A stretch of DNA of 64,000 bases from Selaginella moellendorffii. Taxonomy: Eukaryota > Plantae > Lycopodiophyta. The notes under the pieces were generated by a model. That model was not told where the DNA came from. It did not search any database and saw only the letters and a program-made list of their open reading frames with translations. The DNA lies in contig NW_003314379.1 in assembly GCF_000143415.4 (NCBI RefSeq), positions 1 through 64,000 of the forward strand. The letters run 5' to 3'. Shown here piece by piece: positions 46,709 to 58,050 of the stretch; position 1 is the first letter of the stretch; each line of letters begins with the position of its first letter. The translations under genes and the position numbers were made by a program.

Positions 46709-48420
46709 ATGATAGAAATAGAGCCGGCTGCACCGAGTCGGCTCACTCCCATTGGAAATATCTATCGATCCACTTACAGAAGGACGAGCTCGAGCAACGA
46801 TGTTTCTAGATCGGACAAGCGCAAGGCCACTGAGTCCCGACTTTCAGGTGAAATGCAGCGTAGCGTCAGCTTGGATCCCTCGCCATCTCGCAGGTTAGTC
46901 TATCCATATACATATGTCGTACATTTCCTAAGGTGAGCTGCAGGAAGTCGAGCCCCTCCAGGAGCGACGATGTTTCTACTATGACCATTGAGTTCCTTAG
47001 AGCTCGGCTTTTGGCGGAGCGCTCGACAGCAAAATCAGCCAAGCTGAGGATAGAAGAGCTCGAAAACAAGGTAAGCTAGTAGCTATTACCAAAGCACTTG
47101 TCAAATCTAAAGTGTGCGGCAGTGCAGGTCTTACAACTAGAGCGCAGCCTGGAACTAGAGATTGAGAAGCGGAAGCATGCCGAGGCGGCATTGCAGGAAT
47201 CGCTGGAGAAAATGCTCGACTCCTCGAGTGCAAGTGGCGGGACAAGCACTGACTCCGAGCTTGAGTCATTTAGCAGAGCAGCGGATGATGACGACGGCAA
47301 GTACTCGGACTCGTACTTGGAGTTAGAAGATACGAGTGGTGTGCTGAATGGCGATGGTGCCAAGTTCTCCACAGAAGATAGACCGCCAGCTGCATGCGAA
47401 GGTACGGTAAAGTTTGTAGACATTCTCGTGGTTAACTGTGGCGATACAAGGGAACGACGACGACGAAGAAGAACAACAACAACAACAACAAAGAGGAGGA
47501 GGAGAAGAAGAGGAAGGCACTGTGGAGGAATTTTCATCGGCAGTGGAGCCAAGTTCGCCGAAGACGTTAGAGACTCATCACAACATACACTCGGACTCGG
47601 ACTGGGCTACGGACAACGAGACTGATGTCAAGCAGCGGAGCTTGTCAACCGCGGCTGCTCAAGGTGACACTGAGTTTGACAGTGATAGCGATGGATTTAG
47701 TATCTCGTTGCCGAGCCAGCTACACTTGGGACAACTGGAACTCCCGGGGAAGATTGGAAGGTCTCTCCGCTCGTTGAGCACGCCAAGGTAAATATATCCA
47801 TGCTGAACTTTGCTGAGAAAACTGATGTTTTGAAGCACAGGACTGGAAACGAATGGATGCGCCATGTTGCTGACATGCTCGAAAAGGAAGACACAGAAAA
47901 CGTTGATCAGGCTCCACAGGTCTGCTGTTGTTATTTCCTGGATGTTTTATAACCATGATCTCGATGCATCAAGTTTCAGGCTTGTAACCATACACAAGGC
48001 GAAGACGATCACGATTCTACTAGCCCCGGTGTCTCTTATGTAAGCTTTTCCAAGTACCTGGGCGTGGCCAACATAATCGAGAACGAAACAACGTCAAAGG
48101 TTGCAGCAGAAGACGAGGCAACCTCACTCCAGGCGAGCCAAGGCAAAGACACGCAAGCTCAAGAACAAGTGAATCCAGGAGACACTGGCAACGAACCTGG
48201 TCTGGTTGCAATGCAACCGGAGACAACGAGCTCCACTAAAGCGAGCGAAAACCCGGCGACAAGCAAGCTCTCGAGCATCAGCCTACGAGACAAAGTTTTC
48301 AACAGCGAGGAGGAGCGAGTGGATGAGATATTTCGCGCATTGCGAGCTGCCAAGGCACAACTCAGGATTTCAATCCAGCGAAGACAGGTGATAGAGAAGC
48401 AGCTCTTCAGTTCTAGCTAG
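46709..48420 (+). CDS. Uncharacterised plant coiled-coil protein, multi-exon
   Basis: MTIEFLRARLLAERS motif, LERSLELEIEKRKHAEAA coiled coil, acidic middle, C-terminal FRALRAAKAQL. Start position tentative. Confidence 0.7.
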
Positions 48421-48537
48421 GCTAAGACTTTTGCGGATGAGAAAGAAAGCTAGTACTTCTCTTGTGAATACACACTATAAGGGTGAAAGGTTTGATATCC
48501 TATAGTAGAAATATCTTCTAAGCTGAGTCGGCCAGGC

Positions 48538-49158
48538 ATGGACGCAGCAGGATTGGGTGTTTCAGCACCCGCGTGTTGCTGCCGGCGACGCTCCTCGCAA
48601 TTGTGTCGAGCAGCATCAAGGCAAGACGATGCAAGCACTGCGGAAGAATCAAGTGCTGGTAAGAGCCGAAGAGTGGCGGTTGTGAGCGCCATCTCCGCAA
48701 TGCTAGTGCTTGGGTCCCGGAGAGCAAGAGCGGCAGTAGAGGCACCACCATCAGTATGCCGGAATTGCAATGGCTCGGGAGCAGTGCCATGTAAGTTGAT
48801 AGTCCTGCCCTGCTAGTGTTGTTCCAGCCACGCATTCTTCTTTGTGACTGGATTGGATTCGCGGTGCCACAGGTGATATGTGTGGAGGGACTGGAAAGTG
48901 GAAAGCTCTCAGCAGGAAGCGAGCCAAGGACGTGTACGAGTTCACCGAGTGTCCCAATTGCTACGGTATAAGTTCTTGGATTCTCACAATCTCTGAAAGT
49001 TTTGCTTTTCTACCTGGTTTCGAGCAGGACGTGGAAAGCTGGTTTGCTCCATCTGCTTAGGCACCGGACTTGGCAACACAAAGGGCTTGCTCCGCAGGCC
49101 CGAGTCCAAAAAGCTCCTGGATCAGATGGTGAACGGCCGACTGCTGCCAGACATGTAA
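48538..49158 (+). CDS. PSA2: PHOTOSYSTEM I ASSEMBLY 2, DnaJ-type zinc-finger protein (3 exons)
   Basis: [58 protein letters not shown]. Transit-peptide-like N-terminus. Confidence 0.88.
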
Positions 49159-49722
49159 TACTTATAGGCTCTGCTAGAGTGTAATCCAAGCTCAGATCGA
49201 AAGAAAAAGAGAAAGAAAACCAGCAATTCACTGGAAAGAAGCATGGAAAAGTGTAAAGTCTAAGCAAGGAAAGCTGCCATTGTCATTGTCATTTAGGTAG
49301 CTTTGCTCTTTGCTTACTTGACATTCTTTCCAATCCAAAACTCCAGCTTTGGTTTTCATTGCAAAGTGGAGGGAGAGAGAGAAAGTGGCTGTTCACTCAT
49401 TCACTCCATATTCAGTGTGTACATGGCTATAGAAATTAAATTCAACACCATGGCTGACACTCATCAGCTTTGTGACAGGCACACACACTTTCCTCCCCTG
49501 CTGCTGCCATCTCACCTGCGAATTCACATGAATCAACCAAATTTTTCCACTACAAAGTTACTGCGTCCACCAGGTATGATATTATGTTACCAAAGGTGGA
49601 GAAGTTTGGAAGGAAGAACACCAAGAGCACCACTAGATCTCAGGAGGAAGTGATCTTACAGATCGAGAGAGGTAGTAGCATTGCATTGCATTGTTGTAGG
49701 AGGAGGAGGAGGAGGAGCAAGG

Positions 49723-52380
49723 ATGCCTGGGATGGTCGGGCACAACCCATTCGATCCCGACTCGCGCCTCCACAAGGTGGAGAAGATCTTCAAGCTCTTC
49801 GACGCCAATGGTGACGGCTACCTCAACCGGCAGGAGATGGCGGCGCTGGTGATGGGCGTGAATCCCCGCGTCAAGTTCACGGACGCACAGATCAACGCCA
49901 TCCTCAACGAGGTGTTCCGTAGCTATGGAGAGTTCATCGCGGGGGACAAGGGCCTCCGCCAGGACGGACTCCTCCGGACTTACAACGATGGCGCCGGGGA
50001 CATCGACCGCGACTTCGAAGCTCTCGGCCTCACGCTGGACGACGAAGAGCAGCACACCATCGAAGATGGCGACGGCGAGGTGGACGATCCTCCTCCGCCA
50101 CCACCTCCAAATCCAGTCGCAGCAACGATCGCCACCAGCGTCGACGATGGCGATCACGATGACGATCACCACGACTCCAGCGAAGGAGAGCAGCAAGAAG
50201 AAGATCATCCAGTACGATCATCGCCATGCTTGCTACCACATCGATCTCCATCGGTGACGCCCCCGAGAAGGAAAGCCTCCAACGCATCGTCGGATACATG
50301 GAGCAAGAGCAAGAAGGCCATGGCCGGGCCATGGCCGCCATCCTGGACAGCATCGCCCAACAACGGCATCGTCTACGCGGATACCTGGCACATCGTGGAA
50401 GATCTCGACACGCTGGTCCGGCGAGCCGAGGCAAAGATCGGCCCCCGCCGATCATCCGACGCCAGGAAATCCGCGCTTCTCACCGCCACCGATCTCTCCT
50501 CGTTCCAACGCTGCCTGGCGGAGCTGTGCGAGCGCGCCGACTGCTCGAGGACCCAGGACGAGGCCTTCGACGCACACATGGCCATGGGCCGGACGCTCTT
50601 CGATCACGCCTTCTTTGACGAGGCGCTGGCCCGATTCAAGCGCGCAATCGAGCTCCGCCCCACCGACGTCCGCCCCTACTTCCGGTCGGGCAACAGCCTG
50701 TGCTCCACCGCGCGCTTCCACGACGCGGTGGAATCCTACTCCCTCGCGCTCGAGGCCGCGCACAGCAATGGCCCGCTGTGGTGCGCGCTGCTGCCACAGA
50801 TTCACGTCAACTTGGGCATCGCGCTCGAGGGGCAAGGGATGCTCCTGGGCGCTTGCGAGCACTACCGCGAGGCCGCCATCCTCAGCCCGGCACACTACCG
50901 CGCGCTCAAGCTCCTGGGCAGCGCACTGCTGGGCGTCGGGGAGTACCGCGCGGCGGAGAAGGCACTCCGCGAGGCCATCTCCATCAAGCCCGACTACGCC
51001 GACGCGCACTGCGACCTCGGGTCCGTGCTGCATGCCGCCGGCGACTCGGACAAGGCCGTAGCCGAGTTCCATGCCGCCATCCAGCTCCAGCCCAGCCACA
51101 CTGACGCGCTCTACAACTTGGGCGGATGCCTGCGCGACAGTGGTAGCTTCTCGCAGGCGGCAGAGGCCTACTCGAGCGTCATCGCGTTGGATCCCACGCA
51201 CTGGCAAGCGCATCTCAACAAGGCCGTGTCGCTGCTCGGGATGGCGGACGTAGAACACGCGGTGGAGTCCATGAAGCAGGCTTTCAAGCTGACCAACCGA
51301 GTGGAAATCTTCGACGAGATGAAACACCTGCGCTACTTGCAGAGGAACCCCGGCGAGCTCAACATCTTGATCCACAGCGGTGATGGTGGTGGTGGTGACA
51401 AGCTCCAGCAGCAGCAAGATCACAGCCCCGTCATCCAGTGCGCTCCACTCCAGCAGTCCGCCATCCCTCTCGTGGATCACTCGAGGTTCCTGAGGAGCAG
51501 CGCCAAGACCACGCCAAGCCTGCTCATGCGCTGCGCGCTGGAGATGAGAGCCTTCCAGAGGCACACCCGCTTCAACCGCTGCAACGTCTCGCTGCTCACC
51601 AAGGAGATCCTGGACGATCCCAAGCTCCCGCTATCGCAGCAGAGCACCACCTCGTCCTACAGATCCATGCGCAAGGCCGACGTCGAGAAACTCGTCCGCA
51701 ACAAGCTCCTCCCCTTCCTCTCGCCGCAGACCTTCCAAGGCACCATCAAGAGCCTCAACGAGCGAGCGCTCGCCATCCTCGACAAGAAAGGAACCGGCAG
51801 AGTCGACCCGGGGATGTTCCTGGCGGTCCTGGCACCAATCTGTTCCGGAGCACTGGAGCGGCGGAAGCGCGTGGCGTTCGACTCGCTGGTGTGGAGGAGC
51901 CGGACGTCCTCCAAGAAGCTGGGAGCCGAGATAAGTCGAGCCGACGCCAAGGCCTACTTCAAGAAGCTCAAGTCCGTCTACATGCCGCTCCATGCACGTC
52001 CCACGGACGACCAGCTCTGGGAGGTTCGAGGCGAGGATGACAACACCACCCTCTCCTTCCCCGAGTTCCTGGACATGTTCGAGGAGTCGTCCGACTTGTC
52101 CTTCAGCAACATCCTCGAGACGCTGGTGAGGCTCGAGAGTCGAGACCGGAGCCGGCACAACGGGATCAACTGTTCGGTTTGCAGCTACGAGATCGTTGGC
52201 CCCCGCTTCCGAGAGGTAAGCGCCAACTTCAACCTGTGCTCCGTTTGTTACAGCGAAGGCAAAGTCCCCCCGGACATGCTCCACGAAGAGTACTTCTGCT
52301 TCAAGGAGTATGGAAGCGAGGCCGACGCCATCAAGGAGAAGCTGCTGCTCTTCGGCTCTAAAGTGCCGAAGTTCGCGTAG
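49723..52380 (+). CDS. EF-hand + TPR + ZZ zinc-finger protein (At1g05150-like)
   Basis: FDANGDGYLN EF-hand, tandem TPRs (DYADAHCDLG, ALYNLGG), C-terminal CSVC...CSVCYSEG. First ATG at 49723. Confidence 0.93.
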   Translation: MPGMVGHNPFDPDSRLHKVEKIFKLFDANGDGYLNRQEMAALVMGVNPRVKFTDAQINAILNEVFRSYGEFIAGDKGLRQDGLLRTYNDGAGDIDRDFEALGLTLDDEEQHTIEDGDGEVDDPPPPPPPNPVAATIATSVDDGDHDDDHHDSSEGEQQEEDHPVRSSPCLLPHRSPSVTPPRRKASNASSDTWSKSKKAMAGPWPPSWTASPNNGIVYADTWHIVEDLDTLVRRAEAKIGPRRSSDARKSALLTATDLSSFQRCLAELCERADCSRTQDEAFDAHMAMGRTLFDHAFFDEALARFKRAIELRPTDVRPYFRSGNSLCSTARFHDAVESYSLALEAAHSNGPLWCALLPQIHVNLGIALEGQGMLLGACEHYREAAILSPAHYRALKLLGSALLGVGEYRAAEKALREAISIKPDYADAHCDLGSVLHAAGDSDKAVAEFHAAIQLQPSHTDALYNLGGCLRDSGSFSQAAEAYSSVIALDPTHWQAHLNKAVSLLGMADVEHAVESMKQAFKLTNRVEIFDEMKHLRYLQRNPGELNILIHSGDGGGGDKLQQQQDHSPVIQCAPLQQSAIPLVDHSRFLRSSAKTTPSLLMRCALEMRAFQRHTRFNRCNVSLLTKEILDDPKLPLSQQSTTSSYRSMRKADVEKLVRNKLLPFLSPQTFQGTIKSLNERALAILDKKGTGRVDPGMFLAVLAPICSGALERRKRVAFDSLVWRSRTSSKKLGAEISRADAKAYFKKLKSVYMPLHARPTDDQLWEVRGEDDNTTLSFPEFLDMFEESSDLSFSNILETLVRLESRDRSRHNGINCSVCSYEIVGPRFREVSANFNLCSVCYSEGKVPPDMLHEEYFCFKEYGSEADAIKEKLLLFGSKVPKFA

Positions 52381-52475
52381 ATTTCTTTGAAGAGAGACTA
52401 TTGTCAAGCATCACCATCTATAGAAGAACGTTTATATGCACTGCCCTTCCGCTCTGGCCGCGCGCCTGGAAGATC

Positions 52476-53324
52476 TTACAGGACGTAAGACGCTGGCTGG
52501 TCCGTCCAGGCACCACAGACGTGTCCATTCTCGCAGACATAAGCTCGGACCACAGGCTCGCCATCGTCGTGATACTCGAGCGATCGTCTCAAGCAGAAGC
52601 TCGTCACCATATCCCACATTGATGGCGCCAAGCAAAACGCACAGCTCTCGCCAGTCTTCTTGGCCTTGAGATCTCGCAAGTTCCGACACACCTGTGACGC
52701 CTTGAAGTCCTTGAAGATCCCACGAAAGAGCTTGTACTTCCGTCGCTCCTCCGAATGGACACACCCCGGCCAGTCGCAGAGGTAGAGGCTGTCCGTCCGG
52801 AACCGGCTAGCCAGCAGCTTGTTTCCCAGCTCTCTCGAGAATGTGGGCGATCCGGAAGCTACGTGAGGCCCAGCTCCAACAAGCTTGATCCGCTTCTTCG
52901 ATCGATGCTCGTCACCATTCCTGGTGTGATCGTCATCGCCACCAGCGAGCTCTCTTTCCAGCCCAAAATCCCAGCTATCTAGCAGCACCCCAGCGCTGTC
53001 GAGGCCCGGGCAGCAAACCAAGATCCTAAACAGAGTCGCCCATCCCCCGGCGGGCTCTCCCAGCTGGTCCTGGTGATCCTGGCGGGCCTGGCCGTGCTCC
53101 AGCACCTCGGGCACGATGGTGGGCAGCGCCCTCATGCACTGATTCCGCCAGCAAAAGCTCCGAATCACGTACCCAAATCGCCGGCACACGCACGCCAGCA
53201 CCGCCAAATGCCGCGGATCCTCCTCCATCCGCGAGAAAATGTTGACCAGGAGATCCTCGGACAAGCGGCTCAGCAGCACGGCGGCGCCTCCTCCTCCATC
53301 GCCGCTGCCCGATGCCGCCGCCAT
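52476..53324 (-). CDS. EID1: Phytochrome A-associated F-box protein (EID1 family)
   Basis: F-box LSEDLLVNIF, GNKLLASRFR.D.LY.CDWPGCVH, LFRGIFKDFK, RAYVCENGHV.GAWT. Confidence 0.85.
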   Translation of the reverse strand: MAAASGSGDGGGGAAVLLSRLSEDLLVNIFSRMEEDPRHLAVLACVCRRFGYVIRSFCWRNQCMRALPTIVPEVLEHGQARQDHQDQLGEPAGGWATLFRILVCCPGLDSAGVLLDSWDFGLERELAGGDDDHTRNGDEHRSKKRIKLVGAGPHVASGSPTFSRELGNKLLASRFRTDSLYLCDWPGCVHSEERRKYKLFRGIFKDFKASQVCRNLRDLKAKKTGESCAFCLAPSMWDMVTSFCLRRSLEYHDDGEPVVRAYVCENGHVCGAWTDQPASYVL

Positions 53325-53605
53325 AGCTCCGCGAGCGCGAGACCTCCTAGCCTAGCGTATAAACCCTAATCGTGGAAAGTACGTAAGTCGCTAACGAGTG
53401 GCTGTGCGATTACGTCCAAAAACTTGTCTTGAATGCCCACATGCCTCACCTTGTCCATTCTTCCACCCAGCAGCAAATGCCAGCTGGAAACGCTATGCTA
53501 TTGACAGTTGAAGGATCGGCCATAGCTATCTCCTCTTCCTCCTCTTCCTCCTCTTCCTCTTCTTCTTTTATACTTTTTTTTGTTCTATCTCCAATCTCCT
53601 CCACC

Positions 53606-54045
53606 ATGGATATCACGGCGATGATCGTCTTCCAATCGCTGCTCCTCCTCTCCATCGCTCTTCCACAATCCATCTCGCTTCCGGAAGTGGTGGTAAGTTC
53701 TCGGTTTGACGAGCACACCAATCAATCTCTCTAGCATTGCAGGATCACTCGGATGAAAGTGGTAGGCGATTGGCTATACCGTCTTCGTGGGAAGATCCAG
53801 CGCCGGACCTCACCACATTGCAGTCCCACGAGCCTGTAAGCCACAACTCGACCAGATTTGTGACGCCGGCTAGGAGGAAGCTAGGATTGTTTCGAGAATG
53901 CGCGCCCTGTAAGTGCTGTAGCGACAACACCCGGCGCTACTGCTACTACACCGCCTGCTGCTACCGGATCGATTGCTTCGCTCCCGGCCTCTCCTTCGGC
54001 CACTGCTCCTTCGTTCCAGTCACTTGCAATTGCCTCAGATGCTAG
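53606..54045 (+). CDS. Small secreted cysteine-rich protein (2 exons)
   Basis: Signal-peptide-like N-terminus, intron ~53693-53742, RRKLG..CxxCKCC...CC..IDC...CSFVPVTCNC. Confidence 0.75.
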
Positions 54046-54336
54046 CAAACGCGAGCGACCATGGCAAATTCTTCCACAACCCGGATTTGTCAATCCTGGG
54101 CACTGTACATTTTGGTGTCTCTCTAGAGATTGATTGATAACAGTTAACAGCCAAAAGATTCACAGCACCCGATGATTATACCTTCTCGATACCTCGGCAG
54201 TAGCTCCTCTCGTAGTTCGCATTTAATCCTCGCTTGGACTGTCCCTTGATAGCATGGCACAGTATCCAGCGCGAACAAACACGGTTTCTCGAATAAAAAA
54301 GGATAAGTTACACACCAAGCTCGCAAGCTTTGGAAC

Positions 54337-55849
54337 TTACTGCCAGGCGCAGCTCTCGATCGCGGGCGTTTCCATCGAGTGCATGCGTTTGCACCAGTGC
54401 TGGATCGCTGTGTAGGGGGGCTCGGCCTTCACTCTAGTTGCAAAGGCGCGCGTCAGCATCCCACACTTTGGATGCAGATCAAAGAGCAACGGATGCAGCT
54501 TGACACGGCCAGGGAAAGCTTGCGAGAGCTCCTCAAACGCGGCAGGGACCTGCGGCTGGAAATCGGGAGGCTCATTCGAGTAGACGAAGCCTGTCAGATC
54601 GAGCAGCCTCACGCAATCGCTGCTGCTCAGGAGCTCCCACACAAACTCGACGTCGTCGGCCTCCCAGGAGCCGCCTATCTCACTCCTGTACGCCGTCTCA
54701 ATGTGCACAACCAAGGGCGCCTTCCTGTTGCTCCACTCGTCCAGGCTCAGTGCCTATAGATACCAGATCAATCATCGTCAAGGACGACTATCAATCTGCT
54801 AGAAAGTATATGCATACCTTGATGCTAGACCGAGCGATTCTCACGACCTCGAGTCCCTGGAAGAGCTCCAGAAGGGCAGCGAGGTTGAAGGAGCGAGGCT
54901 GGAAGTCATGATCCCCCACAAGCACGCTCAGATCCTTCACGCCACCCAAGATCGGCAGCAATGGCAAGACACGCTCCATCACGTTGGCGGAGTTCCGGAA
55001 GGAGTTCCCGAGCGTGATTGACCTTAGCTTGTTCGACGAGTGGCTCAAACCCGAGTATCGCACACGTCCATGCAACCACACCCACTCAACGTTCCAGGTA
55101 GACGGCCGCAGCTCCACGCACGGCATGGAGACCGAGCTGATGAAGAGCCAGCGGAGCTTGGGCATGTCAATGGCTAGAACAACGTTGGCACCACCGCCAC
55201 CATCGCCACCACCGCCACCACCGCAGTCGTCTATCTCCAGGCAATCGAGGCTGTGGCTGCTGAGAGGAGAAGTACCGGGCGGGTCCGTCACGAGCGTTCC
55301 CAGCCACAAGTAGACGAGGGAGGTGCACTGGTTGAGGAGCTGCTGCATGGCAGAAACAGTGAAGCTTGTCCTCCTGATGTCGCAGAAGAGGAGATTGAGC
55401 AGCGGCGGTGGAGTCATGGTGGTGCCAACATCGGCATAGATGTGGAGGCAGCGCAGCTCCTGGCACGCCGAGACGCTGGACCAAAAGTCTTCAAACTTTA
55501 GCCTTGCTGTGCCCCAGATGCTAAGCGAGTGGACAGTTTTCCCGACCACTCCTAGCCAGCGAGTGGAGCACACATTCTTTCGGACGCGTGGGAAGCGCTT
55601 GATTTCCAAGAAGTGGAGGTTGCTACCCTGATCTGGATGGAACCAGCGGACGAGTCCCTCCTCAGCCGCAGGGCTTGACGAATCCAGGCAGAAGTGAGTG
55701 ACCCGCCTCGCCAAATCCTTCCACCTCTTGCTTACCAGGGCACAGCAATGCAAGTGATGCGAGGAGAGGAGTCGAGATATGATCCGCACTAGCAACTCAT
55801 CTGGGAGATCATCCAACCGCCTCCGCTGCTCCTTGATGCTGCTAGCCAT
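54337..55849 (-). CDS. F-box/LRR-like protein, copy 1 (2 exons)
   Basis: LDDLPDELLVRII...CALVSKRW, LRR-like repeats, intron ~54817-54755. Confidence 0.85.
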
Positions 55850-56374
55850 CGAGTGAAGAAACCCTAGGCTGTGCGTTGCACACGTGGCAGACACGTCGAT
55901 AATCACTGGAGAGGTGAGGAATGACAGCGAGCACACAAGCTTCCTCACAATGAAAACGGGCAAAAGTTTGGAGAAGTATTTGGAGGTGACTTACAATATC
56001 ACGAGATTTAAAGTATTGTATTAATATTAAATTCAGAAATCTAGAACAAGGTCCTCTCTACTAGCACCTGGTGATCATTCGTTTCAAGTTTAGAGAAACA
56101 AAGAAAATACCTTGAAGATTAAGGTCTAACGCAACGAAGTCTGTGGGGCACCAAGTACCTAGCTTATGGATATTTTCTCTGGAATCATGTTGGCGAGGTA
56201 GAGTGCTACGCAGGATGTGGGCGTGGAGCGCGGGATTCCGCGCGTCGCCATACAGCCAGAAGCCGCTCCGTGGCAGCCACGTTGGCAGACACGCTAGCAA
56301 TTGTAAGAACAAAAAAGTGCATTGCTTCGCTCCGATCGTGTTACAAAAGAAAGATCGAGCCTTTCTCCCGTTCA

Positions 56375-56883
56375 TCACTCACGGTGAGTCGGTTTATTCA
56401 CCTCTTCCTCGCTTCCAGCGGGCTTCTGATCGTGCTCCTTCGAATCGGTGTCTTCTTCTTCCTCCTTGGTGCCGGTGGATTCCTGGGCGATTTCCTCATC
56501 CTGCTCCTCCATCTGCTCCTCCATCGAGAAGTTGTCACCCACTCTGGCCTTTGGATCGTCAACAGGAGGGGCTGGAGGGGCTGCCTGATCGCGCTCTTCT
56601 TCTTCATCCCCCCCGTCCTCTACAAAACAAACAGCACAAATGGAAAGACTAGGAAAGCCAAGATTTCGTCTTCGTTGTCCGGATCCAGCAAGAAGTCGAC
56701 TATCCCAGAGCCTTTGCTCTTCGTGGACAGGAATCGGCGATGGCGATCAAGAAGTATCGAAGAGGGTGGAGCGCCAACGTGATTGTGGGGAGCGATTGTT
56801 GCATGAGAGCCAGCGAAGACGATCCGCTTGGTAGCAGCAGCACGAGCACAACGCAGGGAGAATGTGAGCATCTTGAGAGCCAT
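56375..56883 (-). pseudogene. Small acidic protein with organelle-presequence-like N-terminus, copy 1 (splice donor apparently lost)
   Basis: RRFLSTKSKGSGIVDFLLDPD plus an acidic second exon (PVDDP...DNFS). Paralogous to 62575-63074. Confidence 0.5.
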
Positions 56884-57056
56884 TGTGCTCGATCGATCGC
56901 AACGCAACAGAGAGAAACAAGAGGGATGAATGGCCGTGGCCAGATTTTTTTATGATGGCCACTGGCTCATTCACACGTACTAGTGCTAGAGCGTGAGATC
57001 AAAAAGGTTACGCTCATCATAATCTAGTTTTCTTGTTTTCTTTTAATAACAATAAG

Positions 57057-57760
57057 GTGAACCAGTGGCTCATTCACAAGTATAAAGAGATTCTTGCCAG
57101 ATTTTTAGTATCACTTAATACCACTTTATTAAAAGAAAAAAGAACATTCACAAAGTACGTGTTATGTACTACTAGTGCTAGCGTGAGAGATTTGTGATAA
57201 GATTTATTGTTTTTCTTTTAATAAAGTGGTATTAAGCGATACTAAAAATCCTTGTATTTCATCCTTGATAGTCCAGAATCTTTTTATACTTGTGAATGAG
57301 CCACTACAAAGTACATGTTACGTACTACTTGTGATAAGATTTCTTGTTTTTCTTTTTAATGAAGTGGTATTAAGCGATATTAAAAATCCTTGTATTTCAT
57401 CGTTGATTGTGGCCAGAATATTCTTATGAGAGATTTGTGATAAGATTTCTTGTTTTTCTTTTTGGTATTAAGCGAAACTAAAAATCCTTGTATTGATCCT
57501 TCATTGTGACCTGAACCTTTTTATATTTGCGAGTGTATTGATCCTTGATTGTGGCCTGAATCTTTTTATACTTGTGAGTGAGCCACTGGTTCATTCACAA
57601 AGTACGTGTTACGTACTACTAGTGCTAGCGTGAGAGCTTGTGATAAGATTTCTTGTTTTTCTTTTTAATAAAGTGGTATTAAGCAAAACTAAAAATATTT
57701 GTATTGATCCTTGCTTGTGGCCTGAATCTTTTTATACTTGTGAATGAGCCACTGGTTCAC
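57057..57760. repeat. Foldback (MITE-like) element with tandemly amplified right arm
   Basis: Left arm 57057-57140 is the reverse complement of units at ~57210-57305 and ~57655-57760, with further partial copies between. Confidence 0.8.
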
Positions 57761-58050
57761 TCACAAAGTACGTTTGTAGGCAAAAAAGATAATCAAGAAT
57801 ACAGTTCCCGACGTCGAGTCTAAGTCAGGAACGCGTTCTTCACTGATGTGTCTTATCTTTCATCTCTTTGGAGGCCAGCCCAGAATGCGTGACAAGGACG
57901 ATGGCAGCGTCATGACACACAAAGTTCTTGGAGCAATCGTGAGACAATACCAGCAAGCCTTCCACTCAGGCATCCTGCGATCCTAAAAGTTCTCCGAGCC
58001 TTGATAGTTTCATATGTTGTTTTCAGGTTGAAAGTTCTTAAGTTTTGTTG

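Noticed and set aside
49633-52407. Long antisense and alternate-frame ORFs over the TPR gene (and over the PPR and F-box genes)
   Set aside because: Expected shadows of GC3-rich coding sequence, with no independent motifs.
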